Part shown: positions 61,999-64,000 of the stretch, piece by piece
How positions within the stretch are numbered: the stretch's first letter is position 1
How the letters are laid out: every line of letters starts with the position of its first letter
Source: Zygnema circumcarinatum SAG 698-1b
Lineage: Eukaryota > Plantae > Zygnematophyceae
Length of the DNA stretch: 64,000 nucleotides
Assembly: GCA_037447605.1 (NCBI GenBank)
Contig: CM074805.1
Location: forward strand, 868,001 to 932,000
Direction: 5' to 3'
Position numbers and translations under genes: made by a program
The notes under the pieces: generated by a model
Database searches by the model: none
Told to the model about the DNA's origin: nothing
Seen by the model: only the letters and a program-made list of their open reading frames with translations

Positions 61999-64000
61999 TA
62001 TGTAAAGGTGTCAGCAAACGGCTTCATCAGCCGTCTAGGTTTGTCGGCCGACAGCAGATCAAGCAAACAATCAAATCCGCAGAGTGGCGCCTTTTTTTTT
62101 ATTTTTTCCTTGCAGAAACTTTTACTTTTCAACGACGAATTCTAAAGTTAAAAATGCGAAGGCTTGAACGTTCATGAGTCAGCTCGATTATATGCAGAAG
62201 ATTCTGAGCAAACCTGGTGGGTTCTTGTTCCCGTCGGTGTTTGAATCTCCCCATCGAACGCGGATTAGTCAGAATTGCTCTAAAGGAAGAAACGGACGTT
62301 TCTGAGGGCAGCTAGTGATGTCAAACCAGCATTTTTGAAAAAGACGAACTCATCCCCTTCTGTACCCTAAAATCATTAAATCTTAAAAATAAAAGGCAAA
62401 ATGAGTGGACACAGCACTGCAACTTCAATCAAACAAGCTATCTCCTAATTCCTCGCGACGTTCGACTTGCCAGACTCCAACGCAACCGCTTGCAATTGAC
62501 GTCCTTCACCATGGATGCTGATCCTCCCTGCGATTCCTGTAGCATCTATTCACATCTGCAGCCGCATCCTGCACTCTGCATTCCTGCGTGCCCCAGGTCG
62601 ACCTAATCCTGAACCTGCACCATTCCAAAGAGCAGCAATGGTGGCAGTACAAGGTACAAGGCACTAACCTACAAAGCGACCGAACCGGATTACGTCAAAC
62701 CAATGTGAGCGCCACAACGACGTCCGCATGTGGCGAACGTGTGAGCGGACCGCTAGAAATTTTTCATTCCGAATTGGATGGTACCGATGAGCCCTGGCTC
62801 GGAGGGGGCTGTTTCTGACCGTCCGATATGACCGACAAAAGCAGCAAAACGATGCGCTGACCGTGGAAGGATCTCGATTGTCGACGACTTTCCAACGATT
62901 TGCTCCATCTCTCATTGGGTGAAAAAAACAACCAATGACCATATGCCACGTAGGAGAGCTGCAATTTTTTTCTGACGTGGCGTTGCGCGATTGGGCGAAG
63001 TGAGTCGATGGGAGTGCACCCGTCCCAGAGTGCCCTCCCTCCCTCCCTCCCTCCCTGTCCCTGCGCCGTCCCTTGGTCCTTGGTGCCCTCTCCACTCCTC
63101 TCCTCTCCTCATGGCTTCCTCCTCTCCCGGCTCGTGCGCAAACCCAGCCCTACCTGCCCGACGGGGAAAAATGGAAAGGGATGTTGCATTTATCTCACAG
63201 AAAAAGAGGCTCCACAGTCTGCACATGCGCATATGCGGTACATGACTGCAGTGGAGTTGGAGCAACCGGTCATGAGTCACACACCGGACGGTCCAATCCA
63301 GTCCAATGGCTTTGTAAAGTCCGTCCTCCCTGGTCTGTTCATGATGCGCACTGATGATTGAAGGTTTGCAATGTTACGGTGGAACAGCGGCCTCGTTACA
63401 AACACACGACAGCGCAGGAAGAAACTGGTCTGGCGAGACGGTAACCTCACTGTCGTTGACGGTAAAAGAGCGCTAAGAGCGTTCGCATCCTGCTCAGGGC
63501 CTCTAATTTGGCGGAGAGTGTGTGCTCGGCCTGCTTGCCTGCCTGCCTGCTTTTCATCATCATAGGCACGCGGGATGAAACCTCCATACAAGTCCTGCCT
63601 ACCGCAAGCTGACTACTGTGCATCCCTGGATTCAGCCCTCGCCAGATAGAGCAGCAACATGAATGAGGGAGGCCGAGCTGCAGGATAGAAAAAGGAGTTC
63701 TTGGTTCAGATGGAGCTGCAGAACTTGCAGAGGAGGAGCTAAGACGACGGAAGTGTCACATGACAGTTACGGACAATTGACAATAATGTCAGCAGTGATA
63801 TGGAGTTTCTGCTCTGACAGAATTGATGATTTTACTAACTACCTCTTCTATCTCAAGTCACTTCCCGATTCTTGATTTTAATAGCATTGCTAGTTTACGA
63901 GACCATTGGCGGTTAGTTCATAGATATATTTGATAATTCTTTGCGAAGCTGCCTGACTGCTTAGGCATACAACTTTCTGCTTTAATGCTCAGTGTGTTTT

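Noticed and set aside
62430-63875. Short ORFs near the window end
   Set aside because: No recognisable domain. Could be UTR or part of a gene extending beyond the window.
1-64000. tRNA, rRNA and snRNA genes
   Set aside because: No T-loop/cloverleaf, rRNA or U-snRNA signature was recognised on either strand.

Overview
Intron-rich, about 50% GC eukaryotic genomic DNA from a plant-lineage organism. The gene content and (GGGA)n/(CT)n-rich introns suggest a streptophyte alga or early-diverging plant (inference). About 12 host genes were reconstructed by eye from exons: a fungal-type secreted S41 peptidase head-to-head with an OPT oligopeptide transporter; a 69-aa high-GC3 microprotein; CWF19L1 with an AT-AC (U12-type) intron; two tandem plant-specific 'YxPPHKR' genes; an RLCK-VII kinase; a 4-TM plant protein; an alpha/beta-hydrolase; a SET-domain gene; a 648-aa single-exon gene; and P58IPK. 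A decayed, spliced CryptonF-like tyrosine-recombinase element (NDC10-II + GCR1_C) sits in a repeat island at about 17.7-25.9 kb. The strongest novel candidate is the LSMT/SETD3-class SET methyltransferase (49610-53122, minus). It starts with a signal-peptide-like segment and ends in HDEL, implying an ER-luminal protein methyltransferase. No rRNA, tRNA or CRISPR array was seen. All gene models and homology calls come from manual motif recognition, not database searches.
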